DNA from: Verrucomicrobiota bacterium
Lineage (GTDB): Bacteria > Verrucomicrobiota > Verrucomicrobiia > Limisphaerales > Palsa-1400
Direction: 5' to 3'
Assembly (NCBI GenBank): GCA_049510745.1
Contig: JBEKYR010000015.1
Location: 42,858-106,857 of the forward strand
Length of the DNA stretch: 64,000 nt
Under the pieces are notes generated by a model. It saw only the letters and a list, made by a program, of their open reading frames with translations, was not told the DNA's origin and did not search any database. The position numbers and the translations under genes are program-made. The stretch's first letter is position 1, and the number at the start of each line of letters is the position of its first letter. Positions 38,557 through 49,900 of this stretch are shown piece by piece.

Positions 38557-39194
38557 TATTTCTCCTCCTTCGCGGCTGTTTTGGTTGTTTCGGGCGCGGG
38601 GACCTCTTTGCGGTCGTCCGTTTCCGGCGCGCGCACGCGCGGCTCGCGGGCGGTGGCGCTTTTCCCGCCCGCCAGGGTCACAAACGGCCCCCCTTCCAGC
38701 GGCGCGGCATTGGTGAACGCCACTTCGGGAACATCCGACGGCTTGCCCGACAGCGGGAAATCCTTGCGCAACGGAAAATACGGGTAGCCGTCCCACATCA
38801 GAATCCGCCGCAGATCAGGATGATTGCGAAAACGAATCCCCATCATGTCGTACACTTCGCGCTCGTGCCAGTCCGCCGTTTTCCAAACGCCCGTCACGGT
38901 CGGCAATTCCAACTCCTCCTCGCTGACGTTGGTCTTGACCCGCAGCGCGCAACGATGCCCGTACCCGAAGAGATGATACACCACCGTCCAGCGCGGGTCG
39001 GCCCCGTAATTGTCCACGCTGCTGACATCGACCAGGAAATCAAAGCCGAGTTGTTTTTTGGCGAAATCGCACACCTCGGCGATGCAGTCCGCCTCGGACA
39101 ATTGCACGGTGATTTCGCCCCGGAACTCGGCCGGCTCGGAGATCAGGTCTCCAAAACGTCCTTTTAACTGTTGCGCAAGTTCGCGGGCAGTCAT
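38556..39194 (-). CDS. nuoC: NADH-quinone oxidoreductase subunit C
   Basis: FRGE, VYHL, ADWHEREVYDMMGI.F..HPDLRRILM, PLRKDFPL. Confidence 0.96.
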   Translation of the reverse strand: MTARELAQQLKGRFGDLISEPAEFRGEITVQLSEADCIAEVCDFAKKQLGFDFLVDVSSVDNYGADPRWTVVYHLFGYGHRCALRVKTNVSEEELELPTVTGVWKTADWHEREVYDMMGIRFRNHPDLRRILMWDGYPYFPLRKDFPLSGKPSDVPEVAFTNAAPLEGGPFVTLAGGKSATAREPRVRAPETDDRKEVPAPETTKTAAKEEK

Positions 39195-39217
39195 GGAAAT
39201 TCAATCATCGGGCGCCT

Positions 39218-39727
39218 TCAGGCAACCCGCTTTTGCAAGGAGAGAAACGGCTCCCGGCTCACCTTGCCTTGCAGTTTTATCAGGGCGTCCAGCAACGCTT
39301 CCGGGCGCGGTGGACAGCCGGCGACATAGACATCCACCGGCAGAATTCGATCGACCCCTTGCAGCACCGCGTAACTGCGATACATGCCGCCGGTCGAGGC
39401 GCAGGCCCCCATGGCGATGACCCATTTCGGCTCGGCCATTTGTTCGTAAATGCGCCGCACCGCCGTGGCCATTTTGTAGGTCACCGTCCCGGCCACGATC
39501 ATCACGTCGGATTGGCGCGGGGAAAAGCGCATCACCTCCGAGCCGAACCGGGCGATGTCGAACCGGCTGGCGCCCGCCGCCATCAATTCGATGGCGCAGC
39601 ACGCCAAGCCCATCGGCATGGGCCACAGCGAGTTCTTGCGGAACCAATTGATGGCCGCATCCAGGCGGGTGTGAACCACATCGCCTTCGACCTTCGAGTT
39701 ATACCCGATTTCAGTTTGGGTTGTCAT
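39218..39727 (-). CDS. nuoB: NADH-quinone oxidoreductase subunit B
   Basis: SLWP...[47 protein letters not shown]. Confidence 0.97.
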   Translation of the reverse strand: MTTQTEIGYNSKVEGDVVHTRLDAAINWFRKNSLWPMPMGLACCAIELMAAGASRFDIARFGSEVMRFSPRQSDVMIVAGTVTYKMATAVRRIYEQMAEPKWVIAMGACASTGGMYRSYAVLQGVDRILPVDVYVAGCPPRPEALLDALIKLQGKVSREPFLSLQKRVA

Positions 39728-39985
39728 GGAGTACCGACCCTCTGTCAATGACCCTTTCACTAAACATCCGAAAGCAGATCGAGGCAAGTACTTTGTGCCA
39801 TTTTTCACAAGCCCCACAATCACTAGCGACTTCTTCGGGAGCGGTCGTCCCGCCGACGGAACCCCTATTCGGGACGCGGTGCCCCGCGTCCATTGACGTC
39901 TCAGCCGCCGGCGGAACTCGTTCCGCGGCAAACTTCACCCTATGGTGAACAGAATGAGCACATCGCTTAACGATTCCCGCCGCCC

Positions 39986-40453
39986 TTACCGGGCTGGCGC
40001 CAGACGCCTGGCTTCTTGTTCGGCCCATTGCGCCAACTGCTGGCGTTGTTGCGCGTCGAGGCGCGCCTCGCGGTGCAGCCAGGTGTACGGGCGCAGGGGC
40101 ATGTCGCCGGAATCGACGGCGTCGGCCAGGCGTCTCCATTTCTTGCGGGCGCGGCCCCGTTCGTCATGGGGCCACTCGGAGAAATTGAGGGCCGCGCGCC
40201 CGTCGTTCACGTGGCCGGCCAAGGACCATGAAACGGGGGCCACGTAGCTATACCACGGCCAATGGGTTTCATAAGAGTGGCAGTCGTAGCAGGCATGTTT
40301 GAGGAGAACGGCCACGGCCGGCGGCGGCGGGTTGGTGGCCAGCAAATCGTGTCCCGGCAGCACGGGCGGATTGGAATGCGCCGGATTGGCCAATTGCAGC
40401 GCGGCGGCCAAGAGCAACCCCGCGCCGCCAACCCATTTGAGCGGCCTCTTCAT
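39986..40453 (-). CDS. Haem-binding domain protein (c-type, CxxCH)
   Basis: Signal/TM followed by ACYDCHS.ET.WPWYS.VAP.SW....V..GR..LNFSEW and MPL..Y..LH..A.L. Confidence 0.85.
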   Translation of the reverse strand: MKRPLKWVGGAGLLLAAALQLANPAHSNPPVLPGHDLLATNPPPPAVAVLLKHACYDCHSYETHWPWYSYVAPVSWSLAGHVNDGRAALNFSEWPHDERGRARKKWRRLADAVDSGDMPLRPYTWLHREARLDAQQRQQLAQWAEQEARRLAPAR

Positions 40454-40552
40454 TTCACCATCAACCTGGTTCGCCGGGTTTGAGGCGCCACCACAAATTA
40501 AGTTCAGAGCCGGCGCGGTTGGGGCAGGATCGGGGGACCATATTGGTGAAGG

Positions 40553-41237
<685 letters not shown>

Positions 41238-41245
<8 letters not shown>

Positions 41246-42518
41246 AGCGCAAAGCCTCCACCGGTTGCAGTCGGCTGGCCTTCCAGGCCGGGAACAACCC
41301 GGCCAGGATGCAGGTGACAAAGGCCGTCCCGCAGATGAGCGCCACGTCCGGCAACTGGATCGAGGCGGGCAGATCATAGACGTGATAAATCGAGGCCGGC
41401 AACAACTCCATGTGCGTGAGCTTGCGCATGAATTCCAGAAAATCATTCCGATACGCCAGCGCCAACAGCGCCATGCCCAGGCCCAGCCCGACACCCAGGA
41501 CGCCCACCACGATGCTTTGGCTCAGAAAAATCCACAAAATCTGCCGCCCGCTCGCGCCCAGCGCCTTGAGGATGCCGATTTCGCGCGTCTTCTGCACCAC
41601 AAACGTGATCTGGCAATTCACAATCCCGAACGCCGCCACTATCATGATGAAGAACAGCAGGTAAAACATCATGTTCTTTTCCACCGCCAGCGCGTTGAAG
41701 ATTTCCGGGCTTTCCTGTCTCCAGGTGTAAACGTCCACCCCTGGCCCGATCGCCGCCTGCAACTGTTGGGCCGCCGCCTCCGCCAGAAACGGATCGCGCA
41801 ACTTCACCTGCAACGCCTGGGCCGTCTCGTCCGGCATCCCTTGCAATTCGCGCGCGTCCTCCAGCGACGTCACAATGACCGAACTGTTGTAATCGGGAAA
41901 ACCCACGTCAAAAACCCCGCGCACGGTGAAATCCTCCGCCAACACCACTTCCGCGTTGGTTTTGCCCATGCTGGCCTGCATTTTTTCCAGGCTGCTGGCC
42001 GAATAGATCGCCACCCGGTCGCCGACTGCCAGGCCCATCCGGGCGGCGAAGTCGCGTCCGATGACCAGTCCCTTGTCGTTCACATCGAAGCTCCCGGCCA
42101 CCATGCTTTCGGGCAGCACGTTGACCGAGCCGAGAGTTTCGGGATCGACGCCGAACAAGAGCGGGGCCGCCTGTTTGGCGGCGCCGGTGTCCGGCTCGGT
42201 TTTCAGCAAAGCCTGGCCGCGAATAAAGGGCGAGACGCCGGTCACCGCCGGGTTGGCGGCGGCGGTGCGCATGAGGGCCTGGTAATTGGTCAGGGGTTGG
42301 TCGCGGTCCGCCGGATAGACCTTGATGTGCGCGTTGAAGCCCAGGATGGTATGGCGCCATTCCTGGTCGAATCCGCTCATGACCGCGATGACGATGATGA
42401 GCACCGCCACGCCGAGCAGGACGCCGATGATGGAAATGACGGTGATGACCGAGACAAACGTCCGGCGGGGTCGCAAATAGCGGAGCGCCAAAAAAGCCTC
42501 AAACGGCAACCTCGACAT
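41238..42518 (-). CDS. lolE: Lipoprotein-releasing ABC transporter permease (LolC/E)
   Basis: ALRYLR...F.SVI..IS..GV.LGVA.LI.V.AVMSGF, EK.MM, KTREIGILKALG, PA.KASRL.PVEALRYE. Confidence 0.9.
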
Positions 42519-42825
42519 GCCCGGATGTTCAACGACCAATTAAGAATTGCAAGAGTCTTTCTGGGGCGTTTCCTGCGGCGGAGGGTGTCTTTTTTGTAGC
42601 CGACGAAGCAGCGACTTTGGCCGGTTTTGAGTGTGCGACCTCCCATAGCGGCTCCCACAGCCGTGCAGGTGCCGGTTTCCTTTTTCACTTCTTTGGAATT
42701 ATTCGTGGGGGCGCTTCCACCTTGAAGATGCCAATTTAGCCCAAAACAGGCAATTTTTGCCGCATTTTCAAATTAAGCTTACCCAACAATCATTGCGAGA
42801 TTGGAATAATTTACAATATCGGCGA

Positions 42826-42841
42826 TGGCATAGAGCGTGCT
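42826..42841 (+). promoter_or_regulatory. Putative sigma-54 promoter of the pilin cluster
   Basis: TGGCATAGAGCGTGCT has GG-N10-GC spacing, follows an AT-rich tract and lies about 25 bp before the first ATG. Confidence 0.65.
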
Positions 42842-42866
42842 GCTGTCAAACGACTGACGCTATAAT

Positions 42867-43700
42867 ATGAGGCGCCTTTTAGCAACTGCAAGCGTGGAAA
42901 AGAGGTTCTTTTCCCAAGAAAATAGGTTGACGCTTGGCGGCTCCAAAAAACTCAAGCCGCAATTGCAAGCGGCACGCAAATGGCACCGCTTTGAGACGTG
43001 TGGAGACTCGCTCAACCGCCGGTGGATTTCCGGGGAAGGTTTGTGCAACCCGATTGCAGCGGTTCGGCTTTCCATCTTTGGCGGTTCTGGATGCTCTTGT
43101 TCCAAAACGGCTGCGAAATTCTCCCCGCCCGCACGGACCTGGGCCCCCTCCGGTTTATTTAAGCAAGGATGGGGACAAGCCCGCGCTGGATTCCGCAAAA
43201 CAAAAGGGGCTGCCGCGTTCTCATTGATGGAAGTCATGATCGCCTTGGGACTATTGGGGATCTTTGTTGCCGCTTGCCTGGCGGCAATCGTCACTAACCA
43301 GGTCTGCGACAGAAAAGCAAAGGAAGAGGCGATAGCGATGGACTTCCTGACCAAATATGTCGAGAACATCAAGGCGCTGCCCTTCGCATCGGTCGCCCCG
43401 GGATTGCCCATCAACTCAATCTATAATGGCGCTGCTGGTGCGCCCCTCATCACCATTCCGGTGAACAGTTCCTGGGTTTCGCTCAACACGATCGCCTTCC
43501 AAACTTTTTATCCCGATCTGTTGTGGTTGAGCAATCGCAATCCAATGATGCAGGTGGCTTTGACGCGAAATAGCGTTGCTGGAACACTGCATGACATAGA
43601 GATCAACGTCAAAATTGATTGGGACGCTCCACTGGCCAAGGGTGGACGGCTGGAAGTTCAGGTTGATTTGTTGCGGACGGCAGATGTGCCGACGTTATGA
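42867..43700 (+). CDS. Type IV minor pilin / pseudopilin (PilV-like); true start probably downstream
   Basis: Prepilin-like site AAA|FSLMEVMIALGLLGIFVAACL near 43218. The upstream ~110 aa look non-conserved. Confidence 0.75.
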   Translation: MRRLLATASVEKRFFSQENRLTLGGSKKLKPQLQAARKWHRFETCGDSLNRRWISGEGLCNPIAAVRLSIFGGSGCSCSKTAAKFSPPARTWAPSGLFKQGWGQARAGFRKTKGAAAFSLMEVMIALGLLGIFVAACLAAIVTNQVCDRKAKEEAIAMDFLTKYVENIKALPFASVAPGLPINSIYNGAAGAPLITIPVNSSWVSLNTIAFQTFYPDLLWLSNRNPMMQVALTRNSVAGTLHDIEINVKIDWDAPLAKGGRLEVQVDLLRTADVPTL

Positions 43701-44311
43701 GAACAGCCTCAACCAACCCCGCTCCTCGAATTTTCCAGCGAGCCTTCACTCTGGCGGAACTGATGGTTGCCGCCGGTGTCGGCATGGGTCTGGCCGGAAC
43801 TGCGGTTCTGCTCCTGCTCCAATCGGCAACGGAGCAACGGCGTGGATTTGCCGACACGACCGTTGAAGAAGAAGCTCACACTTTGCAGGCTAACATTACC
43901 GCCTGCCTGCGCAGCATGAGCGCCACCCAAGGGCTTACGCCCAACTATTCGAGCGGCCTCTACGATGGCAATGGACATCTGTTGGGATACCAATCGGTCT
44001 TTATATTTAACCCCACCAATGGCGCCTACATTACCGGGAACATTAGTTATAACTCATCTTCCGGACAAGTTATCTACACCCCCAACGTTTTGGCTCCCTC
44101 GACACAGATGCTGTGGATGACCAACAGCGCGTCCGCCGTGTTGACCGAGCTTTACTTCTCCACTTCCTTTAATCTGGATGGCTCGCAGAATAATTCACTC
44201 GTGAATGTGGTCTTTCAAATGAATGACAATGGATTTTCGCAGGAGAACCCGACAAATAATCCGGCCAGCATATTTCGCAACTTTTCGGTTCAGATGCGAA
44301 ACGATAATTAA
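43697..44311 (+). CDS. Type IV minor pilin (PilW-like)
   Basis: QRA|FTLAELMVAAGVGMGLAG. ATGA overlap with the previous gene. Confidence 0.8.
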   Translation: MRTASTNPAPRIFQRAFTLAELMVAAGVGMGLAGTAVLLLLQSATEQRRGFADTTVEEEAHTLQANITACLRSMSATQGLTPNYSSGLYDGNGHLLGYQSVFIFNPTNGAYITGNISYNSSSGQVIYTPNVLAPSTQMLWMTNSASAVLTELYFSTSFNLDGSQNNSLVNVVFQMNDNGFSQENPTNNPASIFRNFSVQMRNDN

Positions 44312-44324
44312 ATTCTAAGCCGTC

Positions 44325-46028
44325 GTGCATACTCCATCCATAAACCACCGTCCAGAGCAAGGCTCCACCCTCCTGCAAGTCGTCGTTGCCGGTGCCATCA
44401 TTTGCATGACCGCTGCCTCCACCCTCATAATGAGCGCCAATTCCATTAATAGCGCGTGCGGGCGCGTGGATTGGGACAAGGCATTCTTCAACGCTGAAAA
44501 TGCCGTGGTCTGGGCGGCCCAAACAGCCTTCGATACATCGCTGGCCCCCGGTTCAAGCAATTACTACTCGACCGCTCTCGGAACCCTGCCGCTTGGCTCC
44601 ATCATTTCGCCTACCAATGGAGATGTCACATTCAAGGGCGCGTGGGTGCAAATTGTGCAACCCGGCGTTTCAGGGAGCAATGTTATTGTCATCACTGCGT
44701 CTGCCCGCGTCAACAACGCAATTCGCACCATTCAGGCCCAAATTACGATCCGGCCCGCCAGCCAGGTATTCGACTATGAGTATTTTCTGAACAATTGGGG
44801 TTGGTGGTGGGGAAACACCATCACGGGCAATGGCGCCCAACGCGCCAACTGGGATTTTGATTTCAGGGACGGTCCAACCGTCAACGGCTCCATTTATGCC
44901 GCTGACCAGGTTGATGAGAATGAAATACCCATCCAAGCCTACGCGACGCCGCCTTTTGCCGGGCTGGCCGGAGCTGATGAAACCAATCTCGTCCACCAGG
45001 GCGCTCCACGAGTGGCCATGCCGAACCTGCTGAATTTTAGCAACTACATTGCCACTGCCACGGCCAATACAAGCAGCAACGGCCTTTGGATCGGCACAAG
45101 GCAACTTGTTGCCGGCGCGTTGACAAACCATAGCATCCCCAATCCCGGCGGCAACGACGGCAACCTTACCCCCCAAACCGGGCTGTATCTAGCGGGCACT
45201 CCCAGCTCGCCGATCATCGTCAAAGGCACGGTGGTAATACCTGGTGACCTTGTCATTCAAGGAACAGTCACCGGACAGGGCACTCTGTATGTGGGAGGAA
45301 ACCTTTACATAGCCAATAACATCACCTATGCCCATGGCCCGGACTTCAGCACGCCCCCGGAAACCAAAGAACCCTCCGTCCGCGACGCTTGGGTTGCGCA
45401 AAACATGACCAATGACTTGGTCGCTTACGCCGTCAGAGGTTCTATTTTGGCGGGTGACGTAACTGACCCCGATTGGATCAACTATTGTTACAATTATCCT
45501 GGCAGCGGCCTGGCTAATGTGGGTGACGAATCGCATCTGGGTGCGGACGGGATCGCCAACACCCCCGACGATAACATCCCGTTCCTTCATGCCGACGGCT
45601 CGATGAGCACCTGGTATGATGCCGACGGAGATGGCGTCATGGAGGCCAACTACAATTACAACACGGACATAAACATGACCCCCGCCCGGGCAACGAATAT
45701 TGTAGGATATCCCACGGATGTCAATGGCAATCCCCTCGCCTATAATCAGGTGGCGACCGACAACATGGGCACGCTGGAGGGAATTTTTTACACGGATCAC
45801 GCTGCCGCGATGCGCCTGGCCCAAAGCACCGCCGTCTTCCACGGTGTAATTGTTTCGCGCAATGAACAGATTGTATTTCAGAACTATCTCACTCTGAATT
45901 ATGATTCGCGTGTCAACAGCCGCTATAATAACAACCCGAATCAGTTCATCAACCTGGGCTTGCCTTGGGGCAAGCCGCTCCAGGTGAATAGTTTTGCCGA
46001 GCTGGCTCCAAATGGAACGGGGCTATGA
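44325..46028 (+). CDS. PilX-like pilin with a large C-terminal (adhesin-like) domain
   Basis: EQG|STLLQVVVAGAII (no E5, as in PilX), KAFFNAE.A, VIVITASA....RTIQ. Beta-rich C-terminus with acidic loops GADGIANTPDD and DADGDG. Confidence 0.75.
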   Translation: MHTPSINHRPEQGSTLLQVVVAGAIICMTAASTLIMSANSINSACGRVDWDKAFFNAENAVVWAAQTAFDTSLAPGSSNYYSTALGTLPLGSIISPTNGDVTFKGAWVQIVQPGVSGSNVIVITASARVNNAIRTIQAQITIRPASQVFDYEYFLNNWGWWWGNTITGNGAQRANWDFDFRDGPTVNGSIYAADQVDENEIPIQAYATPPFAGLAGADETNLVHQGAPRVAMPNLLNFSNYIATATANTSSNGLWIGTRQLVAGALTNHSIPNPGGNDGNLTPQTGLYLAGTPSSPIIVKGTVVIPGDLVIQGTVTGQGTLYVGGNLYIANNITYAHGPDFSTPPETKEPSVRDAWVAQNMTNDLVAYAVRGSILAGDVTDPDWINYCYNYPGSGLANVGDESHLGADGIANTPDDNIPFLHADGSMSTWYDADGDGVMEANYNYNTDINMTPARATNIVGYPTDVNGNPLAYNQVATDNMGTLEGIFYTDHAAAMRLAQSTAVFHGVIVSRNEQIVFQNYLTLNYDSRVNSRYNNNPNQFINLGLPWGKPLQVNSFAELAPNGTGL

Positions 46029-46852
46029 CCCGCGCTATGCGCCATCGCGTCTTCAGACACAGCCTGATGGGGATTGCGGCCATCCTGGTCACGTTGGCCA
46101 TGGCAATTCGCGCCGGCGCGGCCATATCGAACGGGCCAAATAATACTAACGCCGTCGTCGCGGAACAGCAGCGCCTTTTGCAGTTCTTTCGGGCGGAGCA
46201 GTCCTATCAAGAACAATTGAGGGTGGGGCGGGAGCGTTATAATCAGAAGCAAATTGACCGTGCCAAAGTCATTGCGGCCATGTCATCGGAACTTCAGGCC
46301 AGACAACAGACAGTCGTGCTTCAGCCCGAGGCAGCGCCGGACGGCAATACAGACGAACCGGCCGGGCGGTTTCGGCCTTCGCTGGCTGTGGCCGTGCTGG
46401 CAGTTGGTTTTATCGGCTTTGGATATTACTGGAACCGTCTGCGCGCGCAGGAAACGTTCGGCCAGGAGCGCAAGCCCATCGTCGTCCCGGTGGCGCCAGT
46501 TGTCGCGAGGTCAATGGCGGACGAAATCTTCTTTTGCAAAGGCGAAGGCGCGAACGGTCGTGGCCGTTATACGAAAGAGGGGGTTGTGGTTCTGAAAGGT
46601 TCCATCGGTCGCAAGAAGAATGCGCCATCCATTGTGGCGAAATCGACCGAACCATTGCGGGCAAAGCTGCTCGACTCAGGCGTGATGCGCGAGGAAGGCG
46701 ATACGGTCATTTTCGAGAAAGATCACTTGTTTCCGACGCCGAGCATGGCAGCGGTTGCGCTCTTGGGCAGGACGGTCAACGGGTGGCTTGAATGGAAAAC
46801 CGAGGATGGCATAACGCTGGATACGGTGCAACGCCTGGAGGCGAGAGAGTAA
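46025..46852 (+). CDS. Membrane protein with a C-terminal DUF4357 domain
   Basis: Signal-like N-terminus, coiled coil, TM (LAVAVLAVGFIGFGYYW), then GVVVLKGS...FEKDHLFPTPSMAAVALLGRTVNGWLEWK. Confidence 0.75.
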   Translation: MTRAMRHRVFRHSLMGIAAILVTLAMAIRAGAAISNGPNNTNAVVAEQQRLLQFFRAEQSYQEQLRVGRERYNQKQIDRAKVIAAMSSELQARQQTVVLQPEAAPDGNTDEPAGRFRPSLAVAVLAVGFIGFGYYWNRLRAQETFGQERKPIVVPVAPVVARSMADEIFFCKGEGANGRGRYTKEGVVVLKGSIGRKKNAPSIVAKSTEPLRAKLLDSGVMREEGDTVIFEKDHLFPTPSMAAVALLGRTVNGWLEWKTEDGITLDTVQRLEARE

Positions 46853-46963
46853 TTGCGGCCCGCCATCCACAGTCCGAAACCCAGATAGGCTGGATTGATT
46901 TGCGGCGAAGTGAAGCTGTTCCAGATTGTCGTCGCAGTATATGACGCGCGAGTCCGCCCGCCC

Positions 46964-49900
46964 TTACCGCGCCGCTTTGGGCGTCGTCGCGGGCGGCGTC
47001 TCCGGCGTTTCCGCCGGGCCTTCCGGCAAAATTGATTTCAGGGTGTGGAACGGACGCAGAAACAGCATCAGGACCTTCGGAATATAAACCGGTTCGATGG
47101 CGGGGTTGAGCACCGATCCGCTGATATGATATTCAAAGACCTTGCTCAAGGGCGTCAGCACCATCCTCAACAGCGGCCCCAGCACCGGCGTCTCGCGTAA
47201 CAGGTCCGCTTCCACTCGCGCGTCGATCTGTTTGTCCAGGCCCGCTTTCCCCCAATAGAGCAGCCGGTACCCGGTCGCGCCCACTTCCAGGTCGTCGCTC
47301 GAAACCTCCCCGTTGCCCACCGTAAAAGTCGCGCTCGCTTCCCGCGCCCGGCTGTTGCCCGCCCCCGGCATTATCACGTTCAGCACGGGCGAGAGAATGC
47401 CAAAAAGTCTTATGTCCCAGAGCAGCGCGTCATGCACATAAACGTAACCGTGTCCCGCCAGCGCGTGTGGGTCGGCGGCCACGGGCGAATGCAGCGTCAA
47501 TCGCCCGTCGAGCAGCCCCTCCAGCCGGTTGCTTCGGCCAGTCCACCCTCTGGCCAGCGCGGAAAGGTCGATGTCCCGCACCGCGCAGTCGGTGCGGAAG
47601 CTCGAACCATGCTTGGGCACGTAGTCGAAAGTGATCCAGCCGGTCAGCGTACCGGTGCGATAAAGGCGGGCCTGGACGTTGGTCACGGCGACGTGGCGGC
47701 CCAGCCAGTGGACCTCCCCGGAAATCTTCTCCGCCGTCAGGTTGGTCCAATGAAACTGTTCGCCCTCGATCATAAACCGCACGTCCGTGGCCAGCGGGTT
47801 GTTCCACGCGAAGGATCCGGAAGCCCGCACGCGGGGTGGCGTGTCGAAGTGAACCCGGTCCAGAAACCCGGGCGTGTTGGTCCCCAGGACGCGGCGCAAC
47901 AGCCCCGGGTCCAGCGTCGATTCCACATTGGTCAATACTATCTGTTTGGAGTTCAAATCCGCCGTCACCAGCGGCGCCGTCAGCGCTCCCCCCTCCCGCG
48001 CCAGGCGCAGTCCCGCCACCCGCACCCGGTGATTGGTGTACTCCACGCTCGCGTTGAGCGCCTCGACCGTTTCGCCGCGCACGGCAAAACGGCCCGCCGC
48101 CACCGTCCCGGAAAAGCCGAGCGTGTCCCGGTCGCGCCAGCGGCCCCAGGCCTGGGCGTGGATTTCCGGCGGCGTGGAGAATTTCGCCTCCCCCAGCAGC
48201 CGCTGCTGCGCCGGCGTCAGCCAGTCCGCGATGTCCGCCGGGTCCAGGTTGCTGTCAAATGCAAAATGATACTCGTGCGTCGCCTCGTTCCCCGTGTAAT
48301 CCATCTCCACCGCCCCGTCCGGCCGCGTGGCCCGCAGCCGCGGCAGGTTCCAGACCCGGTTGGTGTAAGTGAAATGCGAGCCGGCCGATCGGAACGCCAC
48401 TCCGCGAAAGGAGGCCGGGCCGACGGAAAAATCCCCGGCCAGCGCCACGCTGGAACGCAAATCGGCCTGCCAGCCGTCCGGCCGGTTGGTCCAGGGCGGC
48501 AGCACCAGGCGCAAGTCGCCTTGGACGCGCGGCGGGTCGCTCCACTCGAATTGGGAAATCCAGTGTTGCGCCGCCGGAGTCAGGAGCGGCCAAACTTTGT
48601 GCGGATCGAAGTCCAGCGCGGCGTGGAGGCGCGCTTCGCGGGTGGCCACGTCCAGGTCCGCCTGGCTGTCCAGATGGCCGCGATACAACTTTGCCCGCAG
48701 CTTTTTCACCGCCACTTCCGGCGCCTGCCAGCGTCCTTCCACGGCCGCCTCCTCGATTTGCAGTTTGGGCGCTTTGACATCGGTCGCGGCGGCCTGCCAC
48801 TCGATGGCGTACGGATGGATTCTCTTCCACTCTCCCCAGGCGGCGTCCGCCAGGACGGCTGGCGCGGCGCGTCGGGCCTGGCAGGAAAGGTTCAGCGACG
48901 ACGCCGAACCCCAGGACGAATCGGCCCCGGCCACGCGCAGCGTTCCGGCCAACGCCGCCGGCGCAAGGTTGGTCGAGGGCACTGTCGCCTCCCCGTCCCA
49001 CCGCAAGTTCCCGGCGTGAACCCAGTATTTGCTGCCGGCGCCGGACTCCCACTTGGCCTCGAGGCCGCTGCCGGCAAAGTCGATGGCCGCGTTAAAATTC
49101 GTGCCGGCGTCCCTGGTCAAAGTGGCCGAGCAGGAGAGATTGCTGCCCGCGCCCCAGCGCGTGCTCACGCGCTCCGCTTCAAGGCGGACCTGCGCAAACG
49201 GACCGTTGCCGGAAGTCAGCAGGTGGGCGCACGCCGCCCGCAATTTGAACCGACTCGTTTCACCCCACGGCGTGCTGGCTTCCGGCGCCGTGAAGGCCAG
49301 GTCCGCCCGCAAACTGTTCATGTCCCCGCCATCGGCGCCCACGACCAGGTCCAGGCGGGGCGTCCCCTCAAAGTGGATTTGCCGGATGATTTCCGCCGCG
49401 CGCCGCAGGTGCGCCTGGTAATCCTCCGGCGGCGTCCGGCCCAGGCGGAAGGGAAATTTCCAGTGGCGCAAGGCGAGGAAATCGCTCACCTCTCCCCGGA
49501 CGCGAATTTGGATGCCGCGAAAGGACGCGCGCCCCTCGCGCAATTGGGCCACGTTGTTCGACAGCAACGCCACTTCCAGGCGCACGTCGTCGAGCGAGAG
49601 CGTGTCCCCGTTGGTCGCCGACAGGGGAAGTTGCAGGCGTCCCTCCAGCACGGCCAGGGAATCCACCTCCAGGCGCCAGTGGAGCAACGCGTTCAGATTC
49701 AACGCCAACTGCGCCATCCCCGCCGAAAGCCGCGGGCCGGAGGGTTGGTTGGCGGGGCTGAAGGCGACGTTGTCGATCACAACCACCGGTCCCCAGCCCA
49801 GGTGCATATTGGAAAACTGGGCCTCGAATCCCTTCTCCCGCAGATGCCGCAACAATGGCCGCTTGAGATAATCCGGCAACCCGATCAGATGCAGGTAGGT

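Noticed and set aside
42867..43200. A 110-aa novel domain ahead of the first pilin
   Set aside because: It has no recognisable pattern and is more likely an over-extended ORF or leader, with the true start nearer the prepilin site.
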